Counted from the first letter of the whole stretch, positions 9,998 through 22,485 are shown. The stretch is 60,962 bases of DNA, filler included, from 14 parts of 14 records of this genome joined end to end with filler, not necessarily neighbours in it; one strand, 5' to 3'. Made by a program: numbers and translations. The notes: generated by a model not told the origin, from the sequence alone.

Positions 9998-12490
9998 ATG
10001 GCCGCGGCCGATGAGCGCAACTCGGCCTTGATGGATCGGATCGCCAAGGCCGAGGAGGAGCTGCAGAGCGTGATCCACAACCGGGCCAAGAAGCGCGACC
10101 CCGACTCCGACTCGTTCTCCGCCTCGGTGAGCATGGAGACTGGCCAGGAGGACCGCTGGCGACAAGAGCTCGAGGCCCGAATGGAAGACTTGGAGCACGA
10201 TAGTCTCGAGGCCACCGCCGTCCAGCCGACCGACCCGCTGGCCGCCACAGCCTCCGAGGCCGAGACCAGCCCCGGGCCGGCGGCCAGCCGTGACCTTGTA
10301 GAGTTCCTCCGGTCCAAGCCGGCGGAGGCTAAGCGAGCAAGCAAGCCGGCCAAGGTGCTGGTGCACGTTACGGTCGAGATCGGCGACGGCCGGTCTGGGA
10401 CGATAGAGGCGCTCGAGGGTGACAAGGCCGAGGATCTGGCCAAGCGCTTCATCAAGCAGCACGGGCTGAGCAGCGAGGTGTTGCGCCCGCTTACAGGCCA
10501 CATCCAGCAGAGCATAGAGGCAGTCAAGCCGTTGCTGCATGCCCCCAAGAAGAGGGTCGGAGGCGACCCGCCGCACCCGCACCGCAGGGTGCCGCGCACC
10601 TTGGTCAATAAGACGCACAGTCCTGCGTGGGTAGCACGGATGAGTAAGGGCTTGAAGAATCCACGTGCGGCGCTCGATCCGGCCAAGGCCATGCCATGCA
10701 CCCCGCGGGACCCGTACGCGCCCGACGAGTCGGAGCTGGAGATGAGCTCGGTGGACGGACTTGGGATGTCACCTGCGGCCACGCAGGCCACCAAGCTCTA
10801 CCTTGAAGCCACCCAGCAGAGGACCGGACTGGACGAAAGAGGTTCAATGCTCTCAGCCCGGATGCGCAAAAAGAAGCAGCCGGGGACAACTGCGTCGGCC
10901 AGGCTTTACAAGGACGCGTTCTCTCGTCAGAAGAAGCGGGATGCCCTTAAGAAGGAGAAGCAGGAAGAAGAGGATCGCAAGATAGAGCAGGCCATGCAGG
11001 AGGAGAAGCGGAAGTGGGGCGGCAAGGAGAAGTGGGGCCCGTCCGCGCGGTACGTGGTGGGCAACGACGGCGAGCAGAAGCTGGTGAATGTGCACCTGTC
11101 GCTCTATGAGGAGTCTTTCAAGCGCAAGGCTAAGAAGGAGCAGGAGGCGGCCAAGGCGGCTAAAATGGAAGCAGACAAGGAGAATCAAGAGCTGAACAAG
11201 GCCAAGCTGGAGAAATGGGGGATGCCCAAGATCTCAAAGCAGGCCAAAGACTGCCAGCGGTCGGGCACGCAGGTGTGGGAAAGGATCTGTGACTGGGACG
11301 GGAAAGAGCGGAAGAAGCACTTGCAGACCATGCGCAAGGAGCGGGATCAAGAACAGATGGAGGACTGCACTTTCGACATCGGCGCCTCCATTGCCCAGAA
11401 CCCCGAGGCCGGGCACGGCAACCGGTCGGCCAAGCTTGTTAACAATCTGGCTGCCAATGCCGGTGCCAATGAGCTCTCCGGCAACCGGTTCGACGCACTG
11501 TACAACGACGCGCGGCAGCGGCAGCTGCGGATCGAGCAGTATCAGAACTGGTACCCGGAGGGCCAGACGTTCCGCCCGGATATTGGGCCGGACAAGTATC
11601 GTCCTGCACTCGAAGAGACTGATGAGCAGTTTGTGAACCGACTTACGTACTGCAAGCAGGACCGGCTGGCAGAGCAGCAAGTGATCCGAGAGGCTGAGGT
11701 GCCCACCGACGCCAGCACCGGCCAGAAACTCTTCCAGCCGATCACTGGCCGTCAGCCGTACTTTGAGCGGAATGCATCCGGGCTGCCGATTGGGGACTAC
11801 TTGCACTCCTATACGTACGAGTATGCGGATAACAACGCCGACGCGTGCCAGGAAGACGCGGCCATAATGGCAGAGATCCAGGGCCAGCCGATCGTCTCGC
11901 GCAACTCCAATTTGATTGTGGCCAACGTGAGGGAGCAGCAACTGCTCGAGATCTTTTCTGTGATCGATGCCGATGGCGACGGGATTGTTGACGCGGCGGC
12001 GGCCGACATGGCGGCCGCGGAGGGCGGGCTCCCTTACGAGCTGGCTAACGAAGTATGCCCGCTGCTGGCGAGGGTGGGCGGGGATCTCGACTTCGATCAG
12101 TTCAGGGAGGTCTGCAAGGATGTAGTGAGCTCTCTCCGTGATGGGCCCAAGGACTGGCTGCAGCCGGAGAGGGAGCGGCACATCAAGAGTGTTGAGGACT
12201 ACATCAGCTCGACCCAGCAGCCCAGCTTTGAGATCACGCTCTCGCAAAAGTCGATGGCGCTCGCTGAGCAGCAGCGTTCGTACAGGGCTGGGTCGCTGTT
12301 CGATGCTCTGGCGGAGGAGGGGGAGGTATGGGACGAGCGGCGGCGCAACATGAGCGAGAAGCAAGCGGCCGAGGAGCTGGCAGCGTGCACCTTCCAACCA
12401 AACGTGGAGCGGGTAGGCCCGCGGCCGAACATGTCGAGGGAGGTGGCCACCCGACTGGTCAGGCCGAGCACTGGAGTTCGAGTTGAGTGA
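9998..12490 (+). CDS. Charged coiled-coil protein with an EF-hand, probably cytoskeletal or flagellar
   Basis: Intronless ORF. IFSVIDADGDGIVD EF-hand. Recurrent (C)TF.P and RLY-type motifs. Confidence 0.7.
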   Translation: MAAADERNSALMDRIAKAEEELQSVIHNRAKKRDPDSDSFSASVSMETGQEDRWRQELEARMEDLEHDSLEATAVQPTDPLAATASEAETSPGPAASRDLVEFLRSKPAEAKRASKPAKVLVHVTVEIGDGRSGTIEALEGDKAEDLAKRFIKQHGLSSEVLRPLTGHIQQSIEAVKPLLHAPKKRVGGDPPHPHRRVPRTLVNKTHSPAWVARMSKGLKNPRAALDPAKAMPCTPRDPYAPDESELEMSSVDGLGMSPAATQATKLYLEATQQRTGLDERGSMLSARMRKKKQPGTTASARLYKDAFSRQKKRDALKKEKQEEEDRKIEQAMQEEKRKWGGKEKWGPSARYVVGNDGEQKLVNVHLSLYEESFKRKAKKEQEAAKAAKMEADKENQELNKAKLEKWGMPKISKQAKDCQRSGTQVWERICDWDGKERKKHLQTMRKERDQEQMEDCTFDIGASIAQNPEAGHGNRSAKLVNNLAANAGANELSGNRFDALYNDARQRQLRIEQYQNWYPEGQTFRPDIGPDKYRPALEETDEQFVNRLTYCKQDRLAEQQVIREAEVPTDASTGQKLFQPITGRQPYFERNASGLPIGDYLHSYTYEYADNNADACQEDAAIMAEIQGQPIVSRNSNLIVANVREQQLLEIFSVIDADGDGIVDAAAADMAAAEGGLPYELANEVCPLLARVGGDLDFDQFREVCKDVVSSLRDGPKDWLQPERERHIKSVEDYISSTQQPSFEITLSQKSMALAEQQRSYRAGSLFDALAEEGEVWDERRRNMSEKQAAEELAACTFQPNVERVGPRPNMSREVATRLVRPSTGVRVE

Positions 12491-13022
12491 GAAACGGCCG
12501 GCTGACACTGAGTTTCGGTGGAGGCCGACCACATAACACAGACCAAACCTATGGTGGTGGCGCACCACCACAAATCACATATTGTACGGACCTGAGCTTG
12601 CCGGCAATATAATTATTGACGTTAATACTACCGGACACTACTTAGCCAGACACTGACACACAAATTCTGACTGGATTGAACGGCCAAAACTTATTTACTG
12701 TAGTAACAAGTCAAATTACACAATATACAAGCATCATTGCACTCGCGGTTTTACGTACACACTAGTACTTTGTACCCGTTACATGCACGCTATAGTCTCT
12801 CGAAATATCGCCCGAAGTGCAATGCGAAAAGCTGTGCGAAAGCACTCGAGATCTCCAATGATCAATGAGTCTATTGAGAAGCTACCGTACCTCCCTAGCT
12901 ATTGCTTCTCTTTCTAAGTATCTTCACACTGACGTGACTGAGTATTAGTTCCAATCCCGCATGGCTAGTCCACGCGAGCCGCATCTGCTAGCATTCGACT
13001 AGCGCTCGACACGACTACTAAT

Positions 13023-13735
13023 CTATGCCGTGGTCGGGGCCTCCTCGTCATCCACGTCCTCAAACCTGAGCCGAGCCTCGTAGAATTCAATCACCTCCTG
13101 CGCCGCGCTCAGACTAGCCGCCCGGGCTGCCACCTGCGGGTTCTTGAGGTTAACCGCCGAGGCTGCCTCCATAGTGGGGACCGACTGATCAACCCTGCCG
13201 CAAACGATCAGGCCACAGCTGCAGCCGGCCAGCCACCATTTGACCATCATCTGCAGCACTCCGCTCTCCGGATCCTTCCGCGCCCCCAGTATCGTCTCCA
13301 GGCTGTACCCTTTGCTGTAGCCGCTCTCGTCCGGATTCTGGCCAAAGGTTCGGTGCGACAGCCGGCCGCCCAGCCCACCTCGACCGCGCTGTCGTTACCC
13401 GCCTCACTCTGCTTCGCGGGCTTGTCCCCAGACTTGCCGTCATCCTTCTTCCCCTTCTTCGCTGCCGCCCGGCTCGCCCCTCCCCCGGCAGCCGGGCGGG
13501 CCACCCTCGTCCTTCTGTCGCTCCTCCTCCTCGAACTTAGTCAGCAGGTCCTTGGCCGTGTCCAGGTTTTCGACCGGCTCCCAGGTGTTCTCGGAGGTGG
13601 CGTACCCCTGCCCCCAGGCTGGCATCGCGCCAACCCCGTCGGTTGCCTTCCACTTGACAAAGTATTCGACTTTCCCCTGCGCCGGGCTCACTCCCAGCCG
13701 GCGGCGGGGGGGGGGGGGCACATTGTTCTTTCGCT
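13023..13735 (-). CDS. HP1: Heterochromatin protein 1-like (chromo + chromoshadow), spliced, 5' truncated
   Basis: KVEYFVKWK|GYATSENTWEPVENL after removing the 39-nt GC-AG intron 13608-13646. C-terminal VNLKNPQ..VIEFYEARLRF chromoshadow motif. Confidence 0.85.
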
Positions 13736-13970
13736 NNNNNNNNNNNNNNNNNNNNNNNNNNNNNNNNNNNNNNNNNNNNTTAATTAATTAANNNNNNNNN
13801 NNNNNNNNNNNNNNNNNNNNNNNNNNNNNNNNNNNGGTGGGCCCGAGAAGTAGCCCGTGGGCGCGAGCAGGCCATCAATCGAGTGTGTCGTCTTGCCTTC
13901 CGTTGGCTGATAGTGGCACACCTCTCGAGGCCACCTTTGCGGGCGGCCCAAGCGCTGCAGGTTTGACGAG

Positions 13971-16900
13971 ATGTCGGCCTCGTCGCATATCCGGCTGGCT
14001 GACCGGGACGTGCTGGAGGACATCGACCTCACCCGGAAACCCACCCGACCGCAGGGCGCTCCGGTGAGTCTGCACGAGGTCCGGCTCTGGCTCGAGTACG
14101 TCGAGCTCTACCTCAACCAGGCCCCGGCCCGCCGCTGGGGCCAGCCAGCCGCGGGGCAGGAGGTAGCGGTCGGCCTGTGCTTTGTGATGCTGCTCACGCT
14201 GCTGCTCGTGTTGTACACCAGTCTGCAGGCGATCAACATCCCCGGGAGCTCCGACTTAAACAAGGCGCCAGAACCTGCCGGCCCAGGGCCCAGTGCGGGG
14301 GCAGGCGCTGCAGCAAACCATCGCCACGCCATTCTTTGAGAACATTGACGCCGACTCTGCCTGGCACGCGCAAGCAGGATGGGAGCCCCTCCACTTCCGC
14401 GACGTGAATGGGATTGACCGGTGATCTCCCGCCGTCGGCCAGCGGCGGAGGTCTGGCAGGTTCTGGCTGTGGTTTGCCCAGTCCTGCCTGGGCGGGCTGA
14501 ATATGTACAACCTGCCCGGAGTGCAGCAAGACAACTTTTATGTCCCAGACCCTGTTCCAAATGCAGCCAACTACAGGCAAGTCCAGACGTACACAGCCAG
14601 GTACGGGCTGATGCCTATCGGCAATCTTCAGCTCCGTCAGCAACGGGTCCGGCCGCAAGACAATCCCTGTCGGGATAACACTTTTTGGAACAACAACCTA
14701 GGGTGCTACCCAGTCTTGAAAACCGACGAGCTCCAGACGGACCCATTTTATGACAACGATTTGGGCTGGCAGAACTACGAACATTCCTCTACCCCCACCT
14801 ACTATCCAGGCCAGTCGAGCGCCGACGGGGCAGGCGTGCGACCCCCGGGCTAGGTGTGCTATTCCCGGGGTCTGCTGGCGGTCTTTTCTTCCGGACGATA
14901 AATGAAGTCGGTTACCTGCAGTCTTTCACGGTGCTGGCCTCTAGCGGTAGCGAGACCGATTTGCCTGCAGTTGACTGGCTCGGATAAGAACTATAGCAAC
15001 TGCGCGACTACCAGCCCATGCATCGGAAACTTGCAGAACAACAACTGGCTGGACCAGAGCACCCGCTCAATCACGGTGGCGTTCAACATGTATTATCCAC
15101 CCAACTCCGTCTTCCTCAACGCGATGTATCGTTGGGACTGCACGCCCTCCTTGGCAACGCCGCGCCAGCTGCTGCCACTGAGCTGCAGCGGGCAGGTATG
15201 CTACCCCTCGAGGAAAATTGCAATTCTTTCTACAGAATTTAACACCGAGCTCGTCTTTTTCTGGATTGGTGCCTGCCGCTGCCCACGCGCAGGCCAGCCG
15301 GGGGCAGCAATGGTGGCGTATATCTTTTTCCGAGGCTACATCATCATCATTCAGTTGTATCGAGACGTTGTGCGCACGCTGAAGCAGTGGAAGTGGCAAG
15401 CACGTCGAAAGGGCATAGGGATGCGCCAACTAGATGAAGAGACTAGCTGTTACTGGCGCTGTGGCTGTTTGCGAATGGCAGCGCTGCACAAGGTGACTGG
15501 CAAGAAGGTCTACGCGGAAGTTTTTCTCATCTTACTGTTCTCCACGATGCTTGTGTTTGACATCTACCTCTTCATTGCAGCACAAGACCTGCCAAAGTTC
15601 AAAGAGGCCACCAGTAACACCGCAGGTTACAATTATGACATTGAAAGGCTCGCCCGATTGAAGGTACCCTGCCCTGCACCTGACATCTGAGGGGGCAAAC
15701 AGACCCTCGAGATGATTTTCTTTGGTTGCGCTGGCTTTCTTCAATTTCTTCATGTCATCTCTTACACCAGCGTAAGGGCTCAAATCGTGTTTGGGTTGAG
15801 CGGGCTTAGGTCATATTCCGGCCAATCAACGTCATATTTGCTGCCCGTGTGTTCGTCCGAGGACTAATGAATCTAGTCTCCCTGTTTGTTGTGCTGTGGC
15901 CTGTCTTTGTTGGGGGTGCAGTCTGGTACAACCTCGCAGGCGGCTCCGATTACCGCAGGCAAGTTCATATGAGCGTGCTGCCAGCTGATGATGTCAGCAG
16001 ATGGTACACTTTCACTAATGCTCTGATGTACTTCGTTTCAGACACCAACAAGGAGTCAATCTCTGCCCACGAGATTGCAGGATTGCACGGTGGAGAACCT
16101 GTAGTACCATCATTCATTCCTAGGATGGTTGTCATCATGCTGGGTTTTGTGGCTCTTATGATGTTCCTGTTTGCTGTCACTCTACAGTTCCCAGCGCGAG
16201 TGATGGCCGACGTCTTGGTCCGCTCTAGCTGCGTTTACCACCATGACCGTACCTTGACTGCTGCAGGACGACTATGAGAACAACAAGGAGGAGTACAACG
16301 TGCGCAGGTCACTGCCATGGGACAAGATCATCTGGGCCGAGGGGGCGCATAAACCACCAAAAGGCGTTGAGAAAAAGTCTATATGGTACATGATAGGATT
16401 TGCGCTCTTATACATGCGGAGGCCGCTTGGACGAATGGAGAAAGCCCTCATGATGATCTATAACGAGAGGAGTCGGGTGCTTCTTCCCTGGCTGTTGTCA
16501 GAACCTGACGTTGGTTGTTCAGCTCTTCCGAGTCCTAGATACGGTAGAGCGTGACATTCGCAAGGAGGCCGAGTATTCCAATCGCATTCTGTTGATCTCG
16601 CAAGCTGACTTCGAGGAGTTCTTTGTGTCGGCCGAGCTGGATGCGCATGTTGCCTCACTGGAGGCATAGCTAACTGACTATTGCCAGCCTGAGCAGCTGT
16701 GCAGGAACAAGACTCGTTCTCGCTCTTGTGGTATTCAGTATCGGAATTCAAAGTAAGCCTTCGCCACCTGAAGGGCTACAAGGAGTGTGATGGCGGCGTG
16801 TATGATGGGCACTCAGCGGCTGATTTCAAGAGCCAAATTTGGCACAGCATCTCTCAGGTCAGCCAGCGGCTCAACATCGAGGCTTCAATATTTCGACACT

Positions 16901-18795
16901 ACCAGGCAAGCGATCGCTTTGTGACGCGCTCAGTACTTACTAGGTATTCGTGATGGACACACTCCGCCGACTCCACCAGGCACAGCAGATGAATGCTGCT
17001 GGCTTGCCTGGGTCGCGTCTACCTGAGAGAGTTTCGGCGATTGGACTAGATGATAAGATTTGCTTGGTGAGGTGGAGTGGGTGGCCTCTGGGCTCACACT
17101 GCTGCAGGACGCGTTAATGTACAAGCAGTTGCACAGCAGCACGTATAGAAGACGCGTCAATCAAGTCCGAAAACGGGTGCTCTCAAGGATGCTTCGGGAT
17201 CCAGAGGAGGACAACCACCGAAAGCCAAGGTTGCGTCACTGATTGAACTCTGCCAACGGTTTGTGGACACAGGTCCGAGGTCATGAGATTAAAAATTTGC
17301 AGCCTGCATGTGGAGAGACCGTACAAGCAGATCCGCATGCTCGAGGTGGCCTCATCTTGCCCTCGCCACGCTGATGCTTGGTGTTGTTATCAGAATGTGT
17401 GGTGCACTGTTGAGCAAATGGCTTGGGTGCCAGCTGAGGCCGTCAGATGCAGGTTCTGTCATCCTGACGAGGACACAGAGTCCGCCTTGGAGCTTGAAGA
17501 ACTAATGCGGGCTAGAATAGACTCCTTTGATCCAGATAGAGCAGCTCAGGACTACCTCGAGCACGGTGCACTACCCTCTGGGTAGGGTTTAAGCCCAGCT
17601 GTGCCTTTGCAGCGGGGGACGAAATGATGCGCCAGCAGCACAGCGCGGGCATTGTTAGTTCTGAGGTTGCCGAGGCGATCAACTCCGCTAGTAGAACTGA
17701 CGACAACAGCGGCCCGGTCGAAACAGCGGTGAAGGCTTGTATTCCGCCGCGCTGTGCCAGCTGCTGTGAGCCCGTGATCTTCTCTTACTGGTCCCAAATG
17801 GATAGTGTGGATCGGTTCAAGCGTCGGCACGACGTACAAGGCGAGAGCAATTACCGCTCAGTGATGGAGAGGTAAACACTCTAGTGGGGTGGGCATGACA
17901 CTGTCCTTGCCTGCAGCTGCTTCGTTGCGCTCGATGGGTTGGCGTTTTCGGCAGGGACGCACATCTCTGTTCCATTGGCGCACGTGAAGCAGATAAAAGT
18001 GACTTCGGTCGCCCAGGTTCGGCAGATGAGCACGGCTGAGCTCAGGGAGCGGTTGACTGTGGTGTGCAAGACGAAAGCTGATGCGCTCAAGCATGACGGT
18101 GTAACTCTAGCGCATGATCTTGATTTCTTGTACACTTGCGATTTCCCGGATCCCAGATTCACTGAGGAGCTGGTCAAGTTCATGCATGAGCTGCAGGCCA
18201 ACTCGGACCTGAAGATTGACCTAGAATCACCTCGATTCGAGGTCCGGACACCGCTGCAAGACGCCCAAGCTAAGCTTCGGAAGAATCATAAGGAGCTCAA
18301 GCTGGACCCATCGAAACTGCCACAGCTGTGGGAACTGCAGATATTGCCAGACACAAAAAGGTGCTTGCCGGCAGCTGAGAACGCACACGCGTCAACCTAC
18401 AAGAGGGATAACTTCGACGTGAGCCAAGTGATCTGGAACCCGAGTGAGTCCATCACCCGAGCCCGGGGCATGACTGGGTTAACAGGTCCAGATTTTTCAT
18501 TCAAATCGAACGGACTCACGGAGCTGCTGCTGATCAAAGTGTTCTGTGGATCTGAGCTCGACTACACTTGCTATCTGGGACAAGCGGTGGTAGACACCCG
18601 TCGGCGGCAAGAGCAGAATACACCGCAGTGCTTTGTGCCGCTGAATGTGGCTTGTGATGAGACTACCGATTCGAGCAGCTTGCGCGGGCATCACAAGATT
18701 CGGGCCGAGAGTGGCGGGGTGTCCTCAGCATGCCTTGAGCTGTCTTTGAGCACATTTGCAACGACCGAACAAGATCATCAGTTGAACCGAGTCTA
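13971..18795 (+). CDS. Polycystin-2 (PKD2/TRPP)-like channel with a long cytoplasmic C-terminus, many short introns, 3' truncated
   Basis: N-terminal TM. TOP-domain signature NNWLDQSTRSITVAFNMY..NSVF. Several TM helices in 15240-16200. Distal beta-rich region (LLLIKVF..YLGQAVVD) resembling C2. Exon structure only partly resolved. Confidence 0.65.
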
Positions 18796-18896
18796 NNNNN
18801 NNNNNNNNNNNNNNNNNNNNNNNNNNNNNNNNNNNNNNNTTAATTAATTAANNNNNNNNNNNNNNNNNNNNNNNNNNNNNNNNNNNNNNNNNNNNG

Positions 18897-19416
18897 ACCG
18901 AGCTGCGGGCGGCACACCGTCGGCTGGCGCTGCGGTACCATCCCGACCGAGGCAGCCACCAGGCCACGCGCGCGGCTGAGCCCAGTCAGGTGGGAGCGCC
19001 GAGCAGTTCCAGCGGATCCAGAGGGCATTCGAAGCCGCTGGGCAGGCGGCGGAAGCTGTCTCGAACGGGGAAGTGGCGCGGGCGGAGGCGGAGGCGCGTG
19101 TAATCGAATTGGAGGCTGAACTGGATGCGCTCGAGGTGCAGCTGGCGGAGGACCGGCGGGAGGCCCGGGTGCTGGGGATGGCCTGGGAGGATGCGTGCAC
19201 CCCGAGCGAGGAGCACGACGACTGGGCGGTGACCGGGGCGGTGGCGCTAATGAGGGCGGGCAGGGGCGGCGGGAGGCGAGGGAGGACATATTCCCGGCCA
19301 TGAGCCGGCTAGAGCAGCAGGTGCAACAGGTGCGCGTTTGCCGGTGGCAGGAACTGACGGTTGCCGCAGGCGGAAGCGAACCGGATAACGATGCTTGCGG
19401 AGCTAACACGGTCTAA
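18897..19416 (+). CDS. J-domain (DnaJ) protein, 5' truncated, spliced
   Basis: ELRAAHRRLALRYHPDRG|GSAEQFQRIQRAFE after removing GC-AG intron 18952-18989, followed by a coiled coil. 3' end approximate. Confidence 0.75.
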
Positions 19417-19702
19417 GAGGATAGTGCACGGGCAAAGTAGCAGCTGACGGCTCCGTAGTAATGCAGCTTGTCTTGCAGATGCTTTAGGGTGCATTGTAAT
19501 AGTTTAAATTATGTTTAACTTGCATGTATTTTTGCGTAGTTTTAATGTATCAAATCAGTGTCAAAGTGTCGATGCGCTTGACGTACGCGTACGTATTTCC
19601 GATCATGATATCGTACGATCATACAAGTCAAACTGTGTGGAAGATTTCCGTACAGGGATCCAATTATTGAGCGATGGCGCATTTTGATGCCGATTATACG
19701 CA

Positions 19703-20968
19703 TCATCCCAAGCGTATTGCCGAATGCGGCTGGCGTGTTGAGGTTGTTCTTTTGCTTTTCTTCGATCGACCTAGTTCAAACACAGCATAATCAATTCCAG
19801 AGTGATCAGCAAGTGTGTTATAGCAGACCGCGGAACTCAGGTCCACGTCTCTGATTGAAACCTTCCTCCGTCTCAGTGATTTAGCTACATGCTTGGATTC
19901 GCGCATCCTAACCTATCAAATGTTTCGTCACAAGCAAACACTCGGGGCCGGACACCGGGGGAGTCTCTGTTGTGGAAGCAAAGTTTGCGCTTATGGTAAG
20001 CATCATGGTTCGGGGCAATCCCGCAGCACCTGTTTGCCGTCAAGCACCTCAGACGGATGGGACTCTACCACGAAAATCACAGTGATTAACAACCATGCCC
20101 TCCACTTTTGTATCAGCCAAATTTGACAGATCGACGGTTCCAAAGTTATCTACATCAAGTGACTCGAAGGCTGCTCTCAACTGAGTGTACTGTCTCCTAC
20201 TGAAGCCATGCGCAGCCATCAATGCTTCTGCTTCGTCAATTCCGTGCTCTGCTTCGTCAATTTTGTCAGATATGCTGCCACGGCGGTACTCGTGAAACGC
20301 CACCAACAGCATCAACAATTGGCTATGGAGATCTGTACCCAAACACAGATCTGGGTCGATTTCTTGCAGTGGTGGCATGTGCTGTTGCCATCTTAGCCCT
20401 AACGTTGATGATTATTGGGTTTCGTGCATACCTCAGCCCCAATCCTCGAGAAATGCAAGTTTATAAGAAGATCCAATATATCAAGTGGAAGGAACAGGCA
20501 ACTTGGCACGCTGCAATAGTGATTCAGGCGTTCTGGCGGTCGTGCCTGAACGTCATGGACCGGAGATATTCGATGAAACAGATCCCAACCTACTTGCAAG
20601 ATGTAGATCTAGTGCACAGGTGTCGTGTCTTCAAGGCCGTAAGATTGTGAGTGCTGAGCCCCGAGCCCCAGCGACACCAGGGCGAGCACGCAGTTGACCC
20701 GGCTGATCCAACGGAGCTGCCCCCAGGCTGAGCCCCGGCCGCGCGCCCCACTCACCAGCTCGTACTGCTCGTAGTGCGGGTGCCGCCGGAGCCCCTTGAT
20801 GTGCTCGTCGTCGGGCATGCCATCGGCCTTCTGGGCCAGCCGCTGCCGGCCGACTAGGCGGATGCGCTGCTTGATCGAGAGCCCCGCCAGGTGCTGCATG
20901 TCGGGCGGGAGCGCTTTGTCCCGCCGCGGGGCCGACCAGCCGTTCCCTTGGCCGTTGGCGCCGTCCAT
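19703..20968 (-). pseudogene. Rearranged SK/KCNN-like K+ channel gene: N-terminus/S1 and EF-hand C-terminus on the minus strand, pore segment inverted
   Basis: Minus strand 5' part MDGANG...YEL|LRWISRVNCVLALVSLGLG (intron 20717-20755). Minus strand 3' part AFHEYRR...AFESLDVDNFGTVD. The intervening ~20307-20647 codes on the plus strand. Confidence 0.5.
20307..20650 (+). pseudogene. K+ channel pore-S6-calmodulin-binding fragment (SK-like)
   Basis: TIGYGDLYP selectivity filter (from 20315), an S6 helix, and the IQ-like AAIVIQAFWR. No upstream channel exons on this strand. Confidence 0.8.
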
Positions 20969-21159
20969 CCTCCGCCGCCCCAAAGCGTGGACCCCCCTGG
21001 CAGCCTGGGCAACCTTCAGTCGATTCAGCTCGATGACCGTTATTTATGAATAGAAGCCTGTGAGTGGTGAGTGCCTCTTGGTACCAAGCTGCCTCTTGGT
21101 ACACTGTACGTGGCGCCTCGCCCCCACCACCACGCTACCACTCGGCCCGCGCACAGACG

Positions 21160-22485
21160 ATGGGCGCCTCCCCAAAGAGCTCAGACGCGAACAAGAGCTC
21201 GATGCTCCATGAGCCCGCCCCGGGCCAGCCGGCACAGGGCTTGAGCTCCCCCTGGGTTCGCGGTCTGATCTGGCTGATCGGACTCTTCCTGATCGGGGAG
21301 CTGACCGTCATCACGTACATGATGTACCAACTGGCCGTCGCCGCGGGGGACGGCACCTTCGGGCTGGCTGTCGCGGTCGGCGATGACGTTAAGACGCTCC
21401 TGCCGCTGCACTTTAGTGGGCTGCAAACGGTGATGGAGTGGACGGGGGGCTTCTACACGAACGAGCATGCCGAGCAGTATTATCAGGCCCAGAAGCCACT
21501 GTTCGAGGAGGCCGCCGCCAACCTGGGGCTCCACCGCTACTTCTCCACCCTGGAGCTGCCCGAGAAGGTTAGCTGGCATGGCATGATTCACCAACGGATC
21601 AAAGCGTTCGCCGAGCTCCAGCGGACCGAGCAGCGGGACGACTACCGGGTGGAGAAGGACCGTTGCAGCATGTACCGCTTCTTTGAGAGGAATCAGGTCC
21701 CAATCTGCCCTCTGCTGGGCCAATGGCGCGACAAGCAACAGTTTGTGGATCAGCTGGCCAATGGGTCCGTGGCCGCTCTCGCCAGCAGCTGGCCTGTGTT
21801 CCTCAAGGCCTGCCACCTCACCCAGTCCTCCTCCAAGGGCACCATGATCGTCGGATCCGCGCAGGAGCTCTCAGAGCCCTGGCTCGCCGAGTGGGTCCAT
21901 GAGAAATGGCATTTCCGGGCTCACGACTTTGAGCGCCAATGGGTCAAGGAGGGAGACCAACTCACCTCGAGCCTGAGCCCCGGGTTTCTGGTGCAAGGCC
22001 CGTTCGAGCAGCCGGGGTACCCGTGGGAAGCGCACGGGCGGATGGCGGTTGGATTGCTGGAATTTCGTGTCGAGGTGCTGTGGGGTCGAGCTTACCTAGC
22101 TCAGCTGGACGGTTGCATTCTGTTCTTCAGGGACGGGGTTGTGGAGGATTACAGCACCCCTCTCGGCTTCCTGAAGATCCCGGTGCTCGATACGCCCAAG
22201 CTGCGCTGGATTAGTCAGGAGGGCTACATGGATTGCATCTGGCAGCTATCGGAGAGGGCCGCTCAGGCGATGGCGACCGAGTCGGTTAGAATAGACATGT
22301 TCATTAAGCAGGGCGACCCCAACGGTTGCACGGTCAACGAGAACTCGCTGTCGTCGGGGATGCTTTACTGGGGGCACGACGATTATCTGGCCAAGACATG
22401 GGCTGCACCGCACCGGACTAAGAAATTCCGGCTGCTCCAGACCGACAAGCCGGTCTATGATCTCACTCACGCCGACAGGCAGTGA
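21160..22485 (+). CDS. Type II membrane protein with a TupA-like ATP-grasp domain
   Basis: One N-terminal TM. VFLKACH, VRIDMF and VNENSL resemble ATP-grasp motifs. Intronless. Confidence 0.55.
   Translation: MGASPKSSDANKSSMLHEPAPGQPAQGLSSPWVRGLIWLIGLFLIGELTVITYMMYQLAVAAGDGTFGLAVAVGDDVKTLLPLHFSGLQTVMEWTGGFYTNEHAEQYYQAQKPLFEEAAANLGLHRYFSTLELPEKVSWHGMIHQRIKAFAELQRTEQRDDYRVEKDRCSMYRFFERNQVPICPLLGQWRDKQQFVDQLANGSVAALASSWPVFLKACHLTQSSSKGTMIVGSAQELSEPWLAEWVHEKWHFRAHDFERQWVKEGDQLTSSLSPGFLVQGPFEQPGYPWEAHGRMAVGLLEFRVEVLWGRAYLAQLDGCILFFRDGVVEDYSTPLGFLKIPVLDTPKLRWISQEGYMDCIWQLSERAAQAMATESVRIDMFIKQGDPNGCTVNENSLSSGMLYWGHDDYLAKTWAAPHRTKKFRLLQTDKPVYDLTHADRQ

Noticed and set aside
11234..12571. Long antisense ORFs (445 aa here, and others such as 9791-10618 and 31242-32027)
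   Set aside because: Shadow ORFs expected opposite GC-rich coding sequence. No recognisable motifs.
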